A stretch of DNA of 64,000 nucleotides from Ruditapes philippinarum (taxonomy: Eukaryota). Below the pieces are notes generated by a model. That model ran no database searches. It was given only the letters and a program-made list of their open reading frames with translations, and was not told the DNA's origin. The stretch's first letter is position 1; every line of letters starts with the position of its first letter. Below are positions 12,373 to 24,391 of the stretch, one piece after another. A program made the translations under genes and the position numbers. The stretch spans positions 62,001 to 126,000 of the forward strand of contig NW_026856696.1 of the NCBI RefSeq assembly GCF_026571515.1, read 5' to 3'.

Positions 12373-13850
12373 TCAAACTTTTCTATGAACAGTTGTGAAG
12401 TTCTTGTGTTCAACTGCTGAAATATCCGCTAAAATCCGCTTTATCCTGCGAAGTTCATTAACAATTTTTTCTATGTCGCCGTGTATTTTTGCGCTTAAAT
12501 AATCGCTCACGACTTTAAGAACATGCGCTAAGGATTCACAATGGCTTTTTGCAAATTCTGGGGACTTTGGGACCGACAAGTATTCACTTGTGAGTATGAG
12601 GTTAGCACTTGAAACAAAGTTCGGCAGGTTTTTGACAATTGAACTTTACAGATAAAAAGTTAAGAACTGCAATAACACATTCGTTAACCGTTGGTTCAAG
12701 GCTTTTGCTGTCGCAAATCTCTAATGTGATGAAAAATGCCAGTTTTAAGGTAAAAAGGAACTAATATGACCTGCAAATGCCCGCCATTTATTTGCTCTAA
12801 AACAAATTTCAAAACCATATAGGCTTGTCTGTGATTTGTGTGTTGTTCTTTGCATGATGCTCAATTCTGTGTCATACGTAGATATCTCCAACCTTTACAT
12901 TCGTCCCTTTTTCCTGGTTTAGGAAACAGAAATACTTTATGAGTGCACTTAAAATTTAGTTCGTTGTTTGGTGAATCTGGCTCAAGTTCCAGAAATCGGA
13001 TGGAAATCTAATTCAATTTCCAGTCCAGGCTCTATTGGAGTTCTATCCGACTTAAAGTGGTTTGTGTTCTGTGTCTGGATTCATGTGACTAAAACATTTT
13101 CTCCAATTCATTTCCCTCTCAGCCAGTGGAATGTGGTAAAGTCGTTTTTGTTTGAGACTTTGTAGTTTAAAATAAACTTGCATTCTTTCAAAGTTGTGTC
13201 TCCCTCTATTAAACACATTCTGATACCATTCAGATTCTTCTGCATCGTTAGGCATCCAAAGAAAATTTAACTTTTTTGTGATGTATGTCTTCCAGTTCGA
13301 GTTCAGAGTTTCCTACATATTTTTGTAACTTAAGCGTTCCAGTACCCTTTTGGATAGAACAGTATTCGCACCCTTTGGAAGGTGAACAAATTCTTTTTTT
13401 GCATTCATTTTTAATATTATCAAATAACTTTTTATTAAAACTGTCTAGCACTGTTTCACTTTTTATCTCTTTGCTTTCTAACTCCTTAGTATTACAAAAT
13501 ACCTGCGCGCATCCCTTCTAAATTGCAAATGTGTGCAGGGTCCGTGCCAAGAAAAGCCGGTTCTCTTGAGGTGAAACTGCAAGGTAATCGAAACTCGATA
13601 CCACTTGTAGTTATTCTCGTTTGTTCCGTCATACTCACCCGCATTGATCAACTCTAGATATCGCGAAATCGTCATTAATTTTCTTGTAGTGGTGTAACAA
13701 AGCGTTTTTATTTAAGCTCTGACAGAGCTACAGAGATATCTTTTACTTGTTCATTTTCATAATTCACACAACATTTAGAAATCAAATTTTTCAACAAAAA
13801 ATGTTCCATTGTGAACAGGTAAAACGCCAATGTTTTCAACGTTTTTATGC
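12373..13850 (-). pseudogene. cGAS-like receptor (cGLR, Mab-21 family nucleotidyltransferase) pseudogene, intronless, many frameshifts and stops
   Basis: Across frameshifts: FAISRVDQC-GSMTEQTRITTSGIEF-DYLAV (GS...EFD catalytic motif, ~13575-13670), LEIELDFHP (third acidic strand), VFLFPKP...GWR-ISTYDTELSIMQ (~12850-12940), HRQAYMVLKFVL...HISSF-YLK, LPNFVSSANLI. These occur in canonical Mab-21 order. Boundaries approximate. Confidence 0.8.
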
Positions 13851-14099
13851 GTGAATTTCACAAACGTTTAAGAAAATCTATCTTCATGCAAACATCACTA
13901 ATAACGTAAACTGATATATCAATAGACCTCTTGTTTGTAAATCTACCGAAATAAACCGAATAAATAATTAAGTTTCGTATTTCCGTCTATATACAATGTA
14001 TCAAGAAATTGTTGTTGTTGTTTTCTAAATAAGTGTGGCAATCGAGTAGTTTTATACACTCATATATTGATAAATGCGAATTATTTACATGTTTAAAGT

Positions 14100-14450
14100 T
14101 TAGGCGATGTCTCTTCATTGTATTCCATATGTATTCATGATTTTTTACTTATCCGGGGTTTTAACACCCTTTTATTGAAAAGTCATCAATCCTGACCAGC
14201 TTTAATTTATAAACAAAACAGAGGTTGATATGCTAGACTTCCTGAAGAATCTTTCAGAATTATAAATAATTGTTCCGTGAGTATTTTGTGGGTTTTAATA
14301 AAATCACCTCTAAAGTGTCTATCTTTCAAACTACACGTGTTCAACTGTTTTAAACGATCTTCATTATCCAAGCTTGATAGTTCAGGAACAATAAACTTCC
14401 GAACTCACTCCAAACATTGATATCTTTGACATAGTATCATCCCTGATTGA
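14100..14450 (-). mobile_element. CR1/L2-clade LINE, decayed 3' end of ORF2
   Basis: Minus strand reads KDI...RKFIVPELSSLDNEDRLKQLNTCSLKDRHFRGDFIKTHKIL and later IWN, matching the CR1 ORF2 C-terminal pattern (LVPELxxLSYEDRLxxLxLxSLxxRRxRGDMIxxYKIL). Confidence 0.65.
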
Positions 14451-15017
14451 AGAGCATGCTATATACTATAATATTAAAAGTCTAACGTATGTAAATCAGT
14501 ATTTTAAAAAAAATCACGCATCAGTAAACACCACAGGTGCTTGAAACAATTTTTTTAAAGTTTTATATGGGCTATATACTATTATATCTTTATATATATA
14601 GACCGGTTATGTAAAATAATTGATTATGTGACTAGCGCCTGTGGTAAACACTACTGGCTATACCTACTTTTATGAAACGGATTTCATTTTTGTTTATATC
14701 TTCGATCACAATATGCTGATCTTTGCAAAAAATATCTTACACGCTATTATCACGCATGGCGTACATTGCAGAAATTTACAAATTTATTCTTGTCTGAATC
14801 CCAAATAGTTATTAGAAATATTTCTAAATATTTGTATTCTGTAAATATAATTAGAAAGTAGTTTTTACAAAATTTCAAACAAGTTCTATTATGAACTCAG
14901 TTGTATTTTTTACAATGGTTTGTACTTTAATTTATGTATGCTCATTGAAAAAGCCATGTTTATTATTTCGATAGATAAGTCGTACATATGCTTTAAACAT
15001 AATAGTACAATTCTGCC

Positions 15018-15122
15018 CATCCGAAATGTCCAATATATGGTCCGAAATGTTCAAAAATCTGGTTCGAAATGTCCCTAAATATGGTCCGAAGTGTCCCAAA
15101 ATCTGGTCCGAAATGTCCTATC
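15018..15122 (+). repeat. Five short ggtccgaaatgtcc subrepeats, probable end of a non-autonomous DNA transposon
   Basis: Core (t)ccgaaatgtcc recurs at ~21-bp spacing and abuts the left end of the pogo element. Confidence 0.6.
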
Positions 15123-15126
15123 GTCA

Positions 15127-17775
15127 TTCCCCCTAACTTCGTGACTACCGGAAGTTCGTGACTTTTTTGTAAACGAATCCAGTGAAATCACGCGCGCACC
15201 TGCGAGATGTAAACAACTGTACGTAACTAGGTCATGTCGTCACAAATGTCATCGTGATATTTTATATGCCAAAATGCGCTTTAAACAGGTAAAAACCAAC
15301 CTTTATACACATACCAGTAGTAAAAAATGTATTTTCTGTTATTCCCAAAAATGTCCTCTCTTAAAAAGTATTTTTTCCATGAAAAATAACATTTTAAGTT
15401 GTAAAAAGTTATCCGTCTGCTGTATTTACATTTAGATTTGACAGCCTCGTTTTGAAAAAATGTTTACTCTAAGGCTAACTAAAAAAATATTGATCAATTG
15501 TACCCCATGTCTCTTATCAACAAGCAGAAAAATTAAGTGTTTTTTCTTGTTGTTGTAGCAAAGCCTGTGCATTTGAAGGCCAAGTACAGATCATATTCAC
15601 CCACAGCCTTGCAAAATGCATACAAGTCTGTTGTTTGAAAGTGGAACACCTGTTCTCAGGGCTAGTAAATTATTTGGTGTGCCTCAACAAACTTTAAGAG
15701 ACAGAGTGTTAGGAAAGATAGACCCTGAATGTATCACTACTGGAAGAGAACCTGTTTTGAATATGTTTGAAGAGGCCAAAATTGTACAGCATATTAAAAC
15801 TATGGCTAATTATGGTTATGGTTACACCATGCAAGAGTGTGTAGACATTGCAACTGAGTATGCAGTTAGTGTTTGGTAAAAGAACCAGAGACAATCCATT
15901 GACATTAAGGTGGATGGATGGATTTCGTAAACGTTGGCCGGAAGTGAAAGTTTCAAATCCCAGAAGTATTGAACATGTTAGAGCTAAAATGACAAGTGAA
16001 GCAACAGTCAATGCTTACTTCAGTAATTTACTTACTACTCTCACAAAGAATGATTTACTTGATAAACCACATAGAATATTTAATGTGGATGAGAAGGGAA
16101 TTTCACTTAATCATATAAGCCCCTCACATTGTTTCATGTTTCTACTGGTCCACCTGCTGTGACTACTGGAAAAAGTAAAAACTATAACTATTTTAGGTTG
16201 TGGTAGTGCTGGTGGTATTGCTATTCCACCGTATTTTGTTTTTTCCGGGTAAGCGTATGCTCCCAGAGTTACTAGAAGGTTCTTCTCCAGGTGCAAGTGG
16301 GACAGTAAGTGATTCAGGTTGGTCTAACAGTGCAATATTTAGGACTTACCTTGAGGAGCATTTTTATTAAATACTTACCTGGTGGTACTGCAGAGCCTGT
16401 TTTACTTCTCCTTGATGGCCACAAGTCTCATGTCTCTGTAGACTTGGTAGAATGGGCTAAGAGTCAAAATATTTATAATATTTGTTCTTCCAGCCCACAC
16501 CTCACATATCTTACAGCCCCTAGATGTAGCTGTTTTTGGTCCATTCCAGAAGATATATAACAATGAGTGTCATAAGTTCATGCGCATGAATTCTACCAAT
16601 ATCACAAGGTACAATGTCTGTCAACTGGCATGTAGGGCTTATACAAAAATCACTTTCCAGTGAAAATCTTCAGTCAGCTTTTCAAGAAGACTGGAATATG
16701 TCCATTTGACAAATTTGCTGTACCTCAGGAGAGTCTTGTTCCAGCAGTAGTATTTCAAGATATTGATATGGCTGAATGTACTGATACAGATAGTCAGGCT
16801 ACTGTTGAAGGGGTATTGTAGTGGATAAGGATGCATCTGGGGATTTTTTATTGGAAAGGGAGATGACTTTGAGGAAGGTGAAGAGTGAGAAACCAAAGCA
16901 AAAGGTTAGGAATACCATAAGTAGAATTGTCTCAGGGAAGGATCTTAAATTTCAGCTCAGTCTGTTCTTGATTCTATGAAGCAACATGAAATAAATCAGA
17001 AAGGTCATAAAAAGTGTCAAAAAAAGGGTAGTAAATCATTCAAAATAAAAAAAGGATAATATGGATAAACCTCAGCCTGGCCCGTCCCATATCACAGTAA
17101 ATGCTAGTCTATACTGTATTCTGACTCTGATACAGAAACAATTATTGACAGTGAAGTCGGAAGTCTGCTGTGTTTGTAATAAATTAGAGCCTGTTGACCT
17201 GGCTTAAAAGCAATCTGTAACATTTGTTCAGAGGGCACAGCGTGATGGTATAGATCGAAAACCATATCCCATGTAAGAGCCAGCTGGACTCATCTGGGAT
17301 TCTGTACAGTACTGTACAGTACTAATAAAAAAGTGTTGATAAAACAGAAAAATTCTTCTGTCCTCACTGCTCTTCTTAGACACGAAGAGTAAATGACTGA
17401 AACACACAATAAAATAAATATAGTTAACAAAAGTTTTGACAGTTACTGTTATTTAGTTAAATTTATTAACTGTTGTAATTTTTTAACAAACTCACTGAAA
17501 ACACTGAATTAGTGTACTGTCACCTATCAAGGGAGACTACTCTACATGTCACGAAGTTAGGGGGAAAATTTGAATTCAATATGGCGGATGATGACCTAGT
17601 TTAAAATGAAATTGAATATGTTTTGAAAAATGCTGCTTGTTAATAATTGGACTTAATGGAAGAAAATACATTATTTTAACAGGTTAGTGTACAAGTTTGA
17701 TTATATATCTGTTATTTATTTATTTATTTATTTATCATTATGCGCTTATGGTCACGAACTTCCGGTGGGCTAGGA
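15127..17775 (+). mobile_element. pogo/Fot1-like (Tc1-mariner superfamily) DNA transposon, decayed
   Basis: Inverted motifs ttccccctaacttcgtgac (15127-15145 vs 17548-17566) and accggaagttcgtgac (15147-15162 vs 17751-17766) bracket a transposase pseudogene. Confidence 0.8.
15559..17379 (+). pseudogene. pogo-family DDD transposase pseudogene (HTH_psq, CENP-B-type HTH, DDE_1, C-terminal PHD finger)
   Basis: KYRSYSPTALQNAY...ASKLFGVPQQTLRDR; WMDGFRKRW; RIFNVDEKG; LLLLDGHKSH; PAHTSHILQPLDVAVFGPF; VCCVC...WTHLGFC...FFCPHC. Multiple frameshifts and stops. Confidence 0.9.
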
Positions 17776-17917
17776 TATTACTTAAAAATTACCCCCCTTG
17801 TTAACAAAGCTCTCTTTAAAGGAGGATATGTGAAAAGAGCGAATACGGGTAACCAAATTTAACTTCAATTCTTAAATTATCGTATATTTGGCTTTCTGAA
17901 AGCAGGTTACTGGTATA

Positions 17918-19329
17918 CTGGTCGGGGACCATCAACCGGACACTTTTTGAACATTTTACCGCACATAATATTCATTATTTTTTAACCTAGAGACCAACAA
18001 ATTTGACACATCTTCTCCTAACTAACAAACTAGTAGTTTGTTTATTTCTGATTGTATAGACACTTATATCCGAGGCTCGACAAGGAGGGTATCAAAATTA
18101 CCTACTGGTCGGGGACCATCAACCGGACAACATTTTTCTGTACAGATTTCATAATCACTGATAATTTTTAACCTAGAGAGTAGAGACCAAAAAAATTGAC
18201 AAGGTTCATCTAGGTTCTTCTCCTAACTAACAAACTTGTTTGTTTATTTCTGATTGTATTGACACTTATATCTGAGGCTCGACAAGAAGGGTATCAAAAT
18301 TACCTCAATTGTCTACACTACAGTATACTGTGCTCCTCTTAGTTCACGGTACTTAACACTTTAAAACAGTAAAGAACACAAACAATAAACTTACACTACA
18401 AAAACTGTCATAAACTGTATCATTTAGTCATTTTTCTGCTATATGACACAAGGAAACAACAATATATTCAATCAAAATTAGTTTTAATTTGTCAGATGTA
18501 GACCGTGTGTTGGCCATTTTGAAAACAATATGTCATCATTTAACTCGCGGTAATGGTGTTTTATTTCAGTTTTTTCATGTTTCAGTTAAAATTTCTTTAA
18601 GTTATTTTGCATAATTTTAAATATTAAAAGTATCTTTACATTGTAACTCAAAATTTATTTTTTCAACAAACAAGAACATTTAGAAAATGATGATTGTTTC
18701 AGACGTATGCACAAATTTAATGGACTATTGTTGTTTTTTGCAGAAGTTTGTAAAATGTTGTTCAGTTTTACATAAAAATCTATAGATTTAAATTATTTTG
18801 CACAAAAACTTTGTTGTTAAGGTGTTTGAATAAAATATGTCAATTCTGACCAATTTTAACACTGGTAACATGAAAATATGCCATTACCGTGAGATAAGTG
18901 ATGACGCGGAATTAGTGATGTTGAGTATACCATGTGTCCAGACATTTATGTACATGACGTGATTTAATTCAGATAAAAGCTTGGGTGTTTTGATTTTTAT
19001 TTTTTAACATGATCAACAATATTTCAGCAACAAATGCTGAAGTTTTGGAAATTTTATTGTTTACTCTGCAAATGATTATAGCTGGTATATGAGGTCAGGC
19101 ATTCTTTTCTTGACCCCCAAATTTCAACGTCAACATTCTTGAAAGAGCCATTAAAATATTACCATTTACGATGGTTGAAATAAATTTATTTATTTATTTT
19201 TAGAAGAAACATGCATTTATTTTTGATAAAAAAGTGACTGACAACCACTGAACAAAGAAAATACTAAATTAAAGATTTTCAGGGCAGTCCGGGTTTGGTT
19301 GTTGTCCGGTTTTGGTGGTCCCCAACCAG
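17918..19329. mobile_element. TA-flanked non-autonomous DNA element with duplicated left end and an internal insertion
   Basis: ta|CTGGTCGGGGACCATCAACCGGACA at 17918 and again at 18105; imperfect inverse TGTCCGGTTTTGGTGGTCCCCAACCAG|ta ending 19329; second IR pair ~18532-18556 / ~18881-18905 inside. Confidence 0.55.
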
Positions 19330-19624
19330 TAAATTGTCTACACTACAGTACCATGTGTCAGGACAGATATGTACATGACGTGATTTAATTCAGATAAATA
19401 GGCACAACTTCAAAACATATAAATCGATGTACTATGTTAACTGCCGTGTTGCATAGAAAACAACTGTCTCTCTGATTTGATGAAGTAACATAGATCTATG
19501 TCCTTTTGCCCCTACTGATAAAAGTACAGACAACACGGAAAAGGTTGGGAAGTTCTATTTCTATTTGTGTTATAATATTATTATATTTAAATCATATACT
19601 TCAGGTTTATTATAAAAGGTAATC

Positions 19625-22454
19625 ATGAATGTAGAGGAACTCAAAGATTTGCCAGGATATAAAGCCATACTGAAGGCAGTCCTACAGCAACAGATTCAAG
19701 TGCTGGTAAATATAGGCTTAGTTAGACTTTAAAGGGACTCGACTGAGGTTTTTTTTGACATGATGGAACTGGAAATAATTTTTCGAGATATATGTTTCAT
19801 TTTATGTATAGACTAATAACTTGTGTATATTGTCTCATTCTGTTTTTCCATTGTGAAAAATGACCCAAAAATTGAAAAGCGTTTCGATGCTGATCACTTA
19901 AATTGGGCTAAGAATAGCACAAAAATACAATTTCAGTTTACTTCTAATTTTATTTCTTAATACATGTATTTCTTTTACACATCTTTCTGGTTAAAGTGCC
20001 CAGCTGATCTATGTAAGAATCTCAAATTTTATTTTTTTATGGTTTTGTACCTCAGTGGAGTTCCTTTAACTTCGAGATGATGTTTTCTGTGAGATTTTTT
20101 TCACAAACTAAGATGATAAGATCTATGTTATTTTGTTTTTAATTTTATATATAGAGGCAACTGGTACTGTTTTTTTTAAATATGAAGAAATCCATGTACT
20201 AAAAGGCTGTTGGTTTCTATGCAGTAACTTATCATTGTTCAATGTTGCAACAACTCACTGTATTATCTGTATTTACATGTATACACAAGTTCAAGTTCAA
20301 CCCTTTATCAGTTTTCTCTTAGTAAGAAACTATCTGTATTTCATTGAAAAAAAAATTGCGTAACATAGTATGATATAATGCAAGCTTTTGGTACCTTACT
20401 AATTTCTAATCTTTGCAAAAGTTATTATATTTAATTTCAGGTTGAGCAACTAAGTGAACAGACGGGTGAGGAGACAGTGGTGTTGTCTGCCAACATAACT
20501 GAAGGCACATTATCTCACCTTGGTTCAGAATATGGGAAAACTTTCTTGGAGAAAGAACAGTCTATCAAATCAAAGTTCCTGGGATTCTGCTTGAGAAGTA
20601 TATAGTTTCTACTTCTTATTTTTGTTTCTATATAAAAAATATACTTGTTTTTTGTTATCTTTTTCTTTCTTTAAGGGGTTTGGAGGGGTTTACATGGTAT
20701 AGAATCCTGATTTTCTAGAAAAACTTAACAAAAACTTGATTTACATGTATGTTTCAATAAAACAATTGTATGCTGTTAATTTTAACTTTGATTGGCCATT
20801 GATATAAATTTTTTGCAAGCATTAATTTTTTAGACCACAAAAACTATAACTAGCTTGCAATATTTCCTTAATCATGTATGACCAAACCTATTACAGTTTC
20901 AGTTTATCTTTGGTCTGAAATGTAAATAAAACTTTGTCTATAATGTATGTGAAACATGGATTATAAATTAATGTTTATAAAACATGATGGTATAATATAG
21001 TATGTATAAATTAATGAATTATCTTCTATAAATGTATTTGAAACATAGTCTATGATGTTTACGAAACATGGTCTATAATGTTAATCAAACATGGTTAACA
21101 ATGTATATGAAACAGGATCTATGATACATGTACATGTATATACAGAACATGATCTATGTTGTATCTATGTGTTTGTATGAAACATGGCTTGTGACTTCAT
21201 TTTTAAATACTTGTAGAAGTAAATTTGATTTCATACCATTACATATTTTATTAATCTTCAGAGAACATGACACCCACCAATGATGAAAACATTTTAAAGG
21301 AGGCTGTAGTTACTAAACAGAAGAGAAAGTTGAGTATTTCAAGTGACAGCAGCTGTAAAGGTTCTAAATCAAAATCAGCTAAACTATCACTTGAGGATCG
21401 AACATATAGTCCTGTAATGCAACAGCATGCTATAGGGATGTTCCCGGACCTTAGTCGTGCCACATCTGACTACCTGCACAAACTGAACGAAACTGTTGGT
21501 CAGGATGTTATGAGAAGTGATGCTTCAGACAATTTATTGCAAGAAAAAGATAGCAAAATAGGTCAGTTTGCATTAAATGACCATTCTTTGTCTGACCTTA
21601 ATCCGTATAAAAATAACGTAAATTACGGTAAAAGTGGGACTGGTCTGGATATGTCTATTGTAAAGATGGAACCAAGTAATGATGGTATGTACTCTAATGA
21701 CTCTACTTACTCTGAAAATGACAATGCACACAAGGTTACCTCTCATTTATCAGATTTTAACATTATTGATGCAAACAACAGGAACGCCAAACAATTAGAG
21801 TTGGACTGGAATCAAAGCTTTGCCAAAGGTTTCAATGAAAATGACAGCGCTTTTAATAATAGTCTTAGTTCTAGTAATGGAGAATTTTCCACCGGAGCTG
21901 GTCAGATGTTGGCACGTCCACATAGAACGTACAAATGTGATTTCTGCGACAAGTCATTCCGTGAAAAGACAAATTTGCGTGTCCATGTACGCACTCATAC
22001 TGGAGAAAAACCTTTCAAGTGTTTTCTTTGTGGAAAAGAATTTGCGCATAGTTCAAACTTGAAACAGCACGAGAGGGGTGTCCATAAGTTACCTCCTACA
22101 GTACCTCAATATAAACAACAGTTTTACACAGGTTTAACAAAAATTCAGGAATTAAGCCAAAGTCAGTCAGAAGCCTCTTTCTTTGATAGTTATAATCAAC
22201 CAATGTTTCCAGGCCCGCAAGGGATGGTTTCAGGTGAAAGGAACGGGACTGAAGGACATCTGGTAAAGGCTGACGTTAAGACTGAAAAAAATGTAGATGG
22301 TGAAAATTCAGGGCATCCTCAAGAAGGAGATGACATTCAAACAGAAAACACTCTGGAGGATGAAAATTCAAGCCAAAATATTCTGAATAATGAAACATGT
22401 GCAAGCTCGGATAATGTTGTCGGGGAATCTTCCGATGAAATTGATAGACTATAA
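19625..22454 (+). CDS. C2H2 zinc-finger protein (two fingers) with an unnamed ~80-aa N-terminal domain, ~476 aa
   Basis: Exons 19625-19705, 20441-20597, 21262-22454 (GT-AG, phases 0,1). [52 protein letters not shown]; NLS-like KQKRK. Confidence 0.88.
20935..21190. repeat. Degenerate ~22-bp minisatellite (tgaaacatggtctataatgta) in the ZnF intron
   Basis: Recurrent aaacatg core at short spacing. Confidence 0.55.
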
Positions 22455-23021
22455 TAATATACAATAACAGCAAATAATTTCTAGGTTTTTGAAACAGTCT
22501 CTGAATATGCTTCATTTAATTAAATAACAGAAGTAAGTAAGAATGGTCAAGGAAAAGTACTTTTCGGAGTATTGTAACTGCATATTAAACAACATATAAA
22601 ATTGTGCTCTTCAAGGGGACATTACCCTTATTGCAGTCAAACTTGATCTTAAGACCAGCATCAAGGAAGTATATATTAAAACATTCATCATGAAAGTGAA
22701 AACAACTGTTTAAGAGACCATATACATGTACTAATTTTTTTTAAATATTTCATTTCAAGAAAAAAAACATTAAATAAGCAATGGCAAATAAGCATGACGT
22801 ATTGATTTAGAGATGTTTTAATATTTCTTCACATTTAAAAGATATTTGTATTTACCATTTGAATGGTTGATAGTAAAATCTGAATACTAGGTTTTTGCCA
22901 ACCTTCGCAAGTAAACATTTTGCAGTGATGATTATAATAAGTTTATTTGTGTTCAAATTAGATTAAAGGGTATAATTCTATATCTTATAAAATATTTTAA
23001 TACAATTTATCAACAGTAAAG

Positions 23022-23179
23022 CTAGCTTACGGGACGTCGGTGGTTCTACTCAGGTACCCGTTCGTGCCTGAAATAATGCACGGAAGGGCACCTGAGATCT
23101 TCCTCCACCAGTAAAGCTGGAACGTCGCGATATGACCTATACTGTGTCGATGTGACGTAAAACCCAAAACAAAACAAAA
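23022..23179 (+). mobile_element. 5'-truncated SINE, same family as 39342-39625
   Basis: Near-identical to the 3' half of the full copy; (caaaa)n tail; 13-bp TSD atcaacagtaaag at 23009-23021 and 23180-23192. Confidence 0.9.
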
Positions 23180-24287
23180 ATCAACAGTAAAGTTATATTG
23201 CTTCCATTATTATATGGTTTATTCCTGAAAAAGTTGTAACATAGAATGTCTCTGATATTTAATGCACATGAATAATGTACGTAAACAGAATAAAATGTTC
23301 CAGGACAAAATATTATTTTGCTATTTTAAGTAGGGTTTTATCCGTTTATAATGATTTTGTGCATGCACCATTGGCTTTTAAGGCAATAAATTACCATATT
23401 TATTTCATACAAGCATTTTGGAAGCATACAGTTTTAAAATTCAAACAATAATTTTGCATCAGATATTATAGCTTTATACACTTTAAGATAAATCTTTTAC
23501 AAGTCTGTTTATGTATAAATGTGCATGTTAAGAAGATTAAGATTGAGAATTAACTTATTAGCTACAAATTCACTTACTTGTAAATAAAACTGCATGTATA
23601 ATTGAATAAAATTGATTTATTGATAAATGAAATTATTTTTGTTTGTTAGACATTTAAAGATATACTATAAGAAAATATTGATAATTGCTACACAGTCTAT
23701 TTGTGAATATGAAAATAAGCATGTTTTGACTTCTTACAAAGTGCATTTTTGCATATGTCATGTTTAAAATTCTACACACTATAGGACTGTGGTCACAATA
23801 TGAATATGTCAACAAAAAAAACTGGCAGTTTTTTTTAAAGACCAGCATTACTTAAGCTGTTAGATGGGAACCCAGCATCCTAGATATAGTTTACTCATTA
23901 TTTTATTAAAATTAGACATATTCAGCAAGAATTTCATAGATTTCAATAAATTTCTACGATTAGAATATTTTACTTAAGAGCATAGTATATCTTTAATTGT
24001 GTTTATGTGTTCATTGATGCATGTGTGTATATAAACTATGTTTATTTATGATACCTCAAGACCTTATTTGATAACTGTTCACATAATCTTCATTTGTATA
24101 TTTTTAAAATCAGCTTCAGTGGTAATTTGTCATAATGGTTAATTTTGTCTAATTAGGATTGAACTTTTCATGTAACATAATAATTATCAAATTAGTTTGT
24201 CTAGAGTTTCTGCATTTACCCAACACAGCTTTACATGTTTTTTTCTTGAATTGGATTTTATACTAGGTGCTTTTAATGATATACATA

Positions 24288-24391
24288 TGAGCCGCGTCAC
24301 GACAAAACCAACATATGTGTTCGGACCAGCATGGATCCAGACCAGCCTGCGTTGCAAACCCATTATGTCAGTTTTGTCATGGCGCGGCTCA
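24288..24391. mobile_element. Palindromic MITE, internally deleted copy 2
   Basis: Same termini tgagccgcgtcacgacaaaacc / gttttgtcatggcgcggctca with the centre missing. Confidence 0.85.

Noticed and set aside
13478-13675. ORF MTISRYLELINAGE... as a small gene or HEPN/CXorf38-like protein
   Set aside because: It is an off-frame reading of the cGLR catalytic region, which explains the sequence far better.
1360-13850. CBASS-like pairing of a cGAS-like enzyme with a 4-TM effector on the same strand
   Set aside because: Genes are ~9 kb apart with a BTB gene between, the 4-TM gene is spliced with a eukaryotic PY motif, and the cGLR is dead; no evidence of functional linkage.
12373-14450. cGLR as a LINE-made retrocopy because it is intronless and next to a CR1 fragment
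   Set aside because: No poly-A tail or TSD seen, the CR1 piece lies 5' of the gene, and a single-exon catalytic region needs no retrotransposition.
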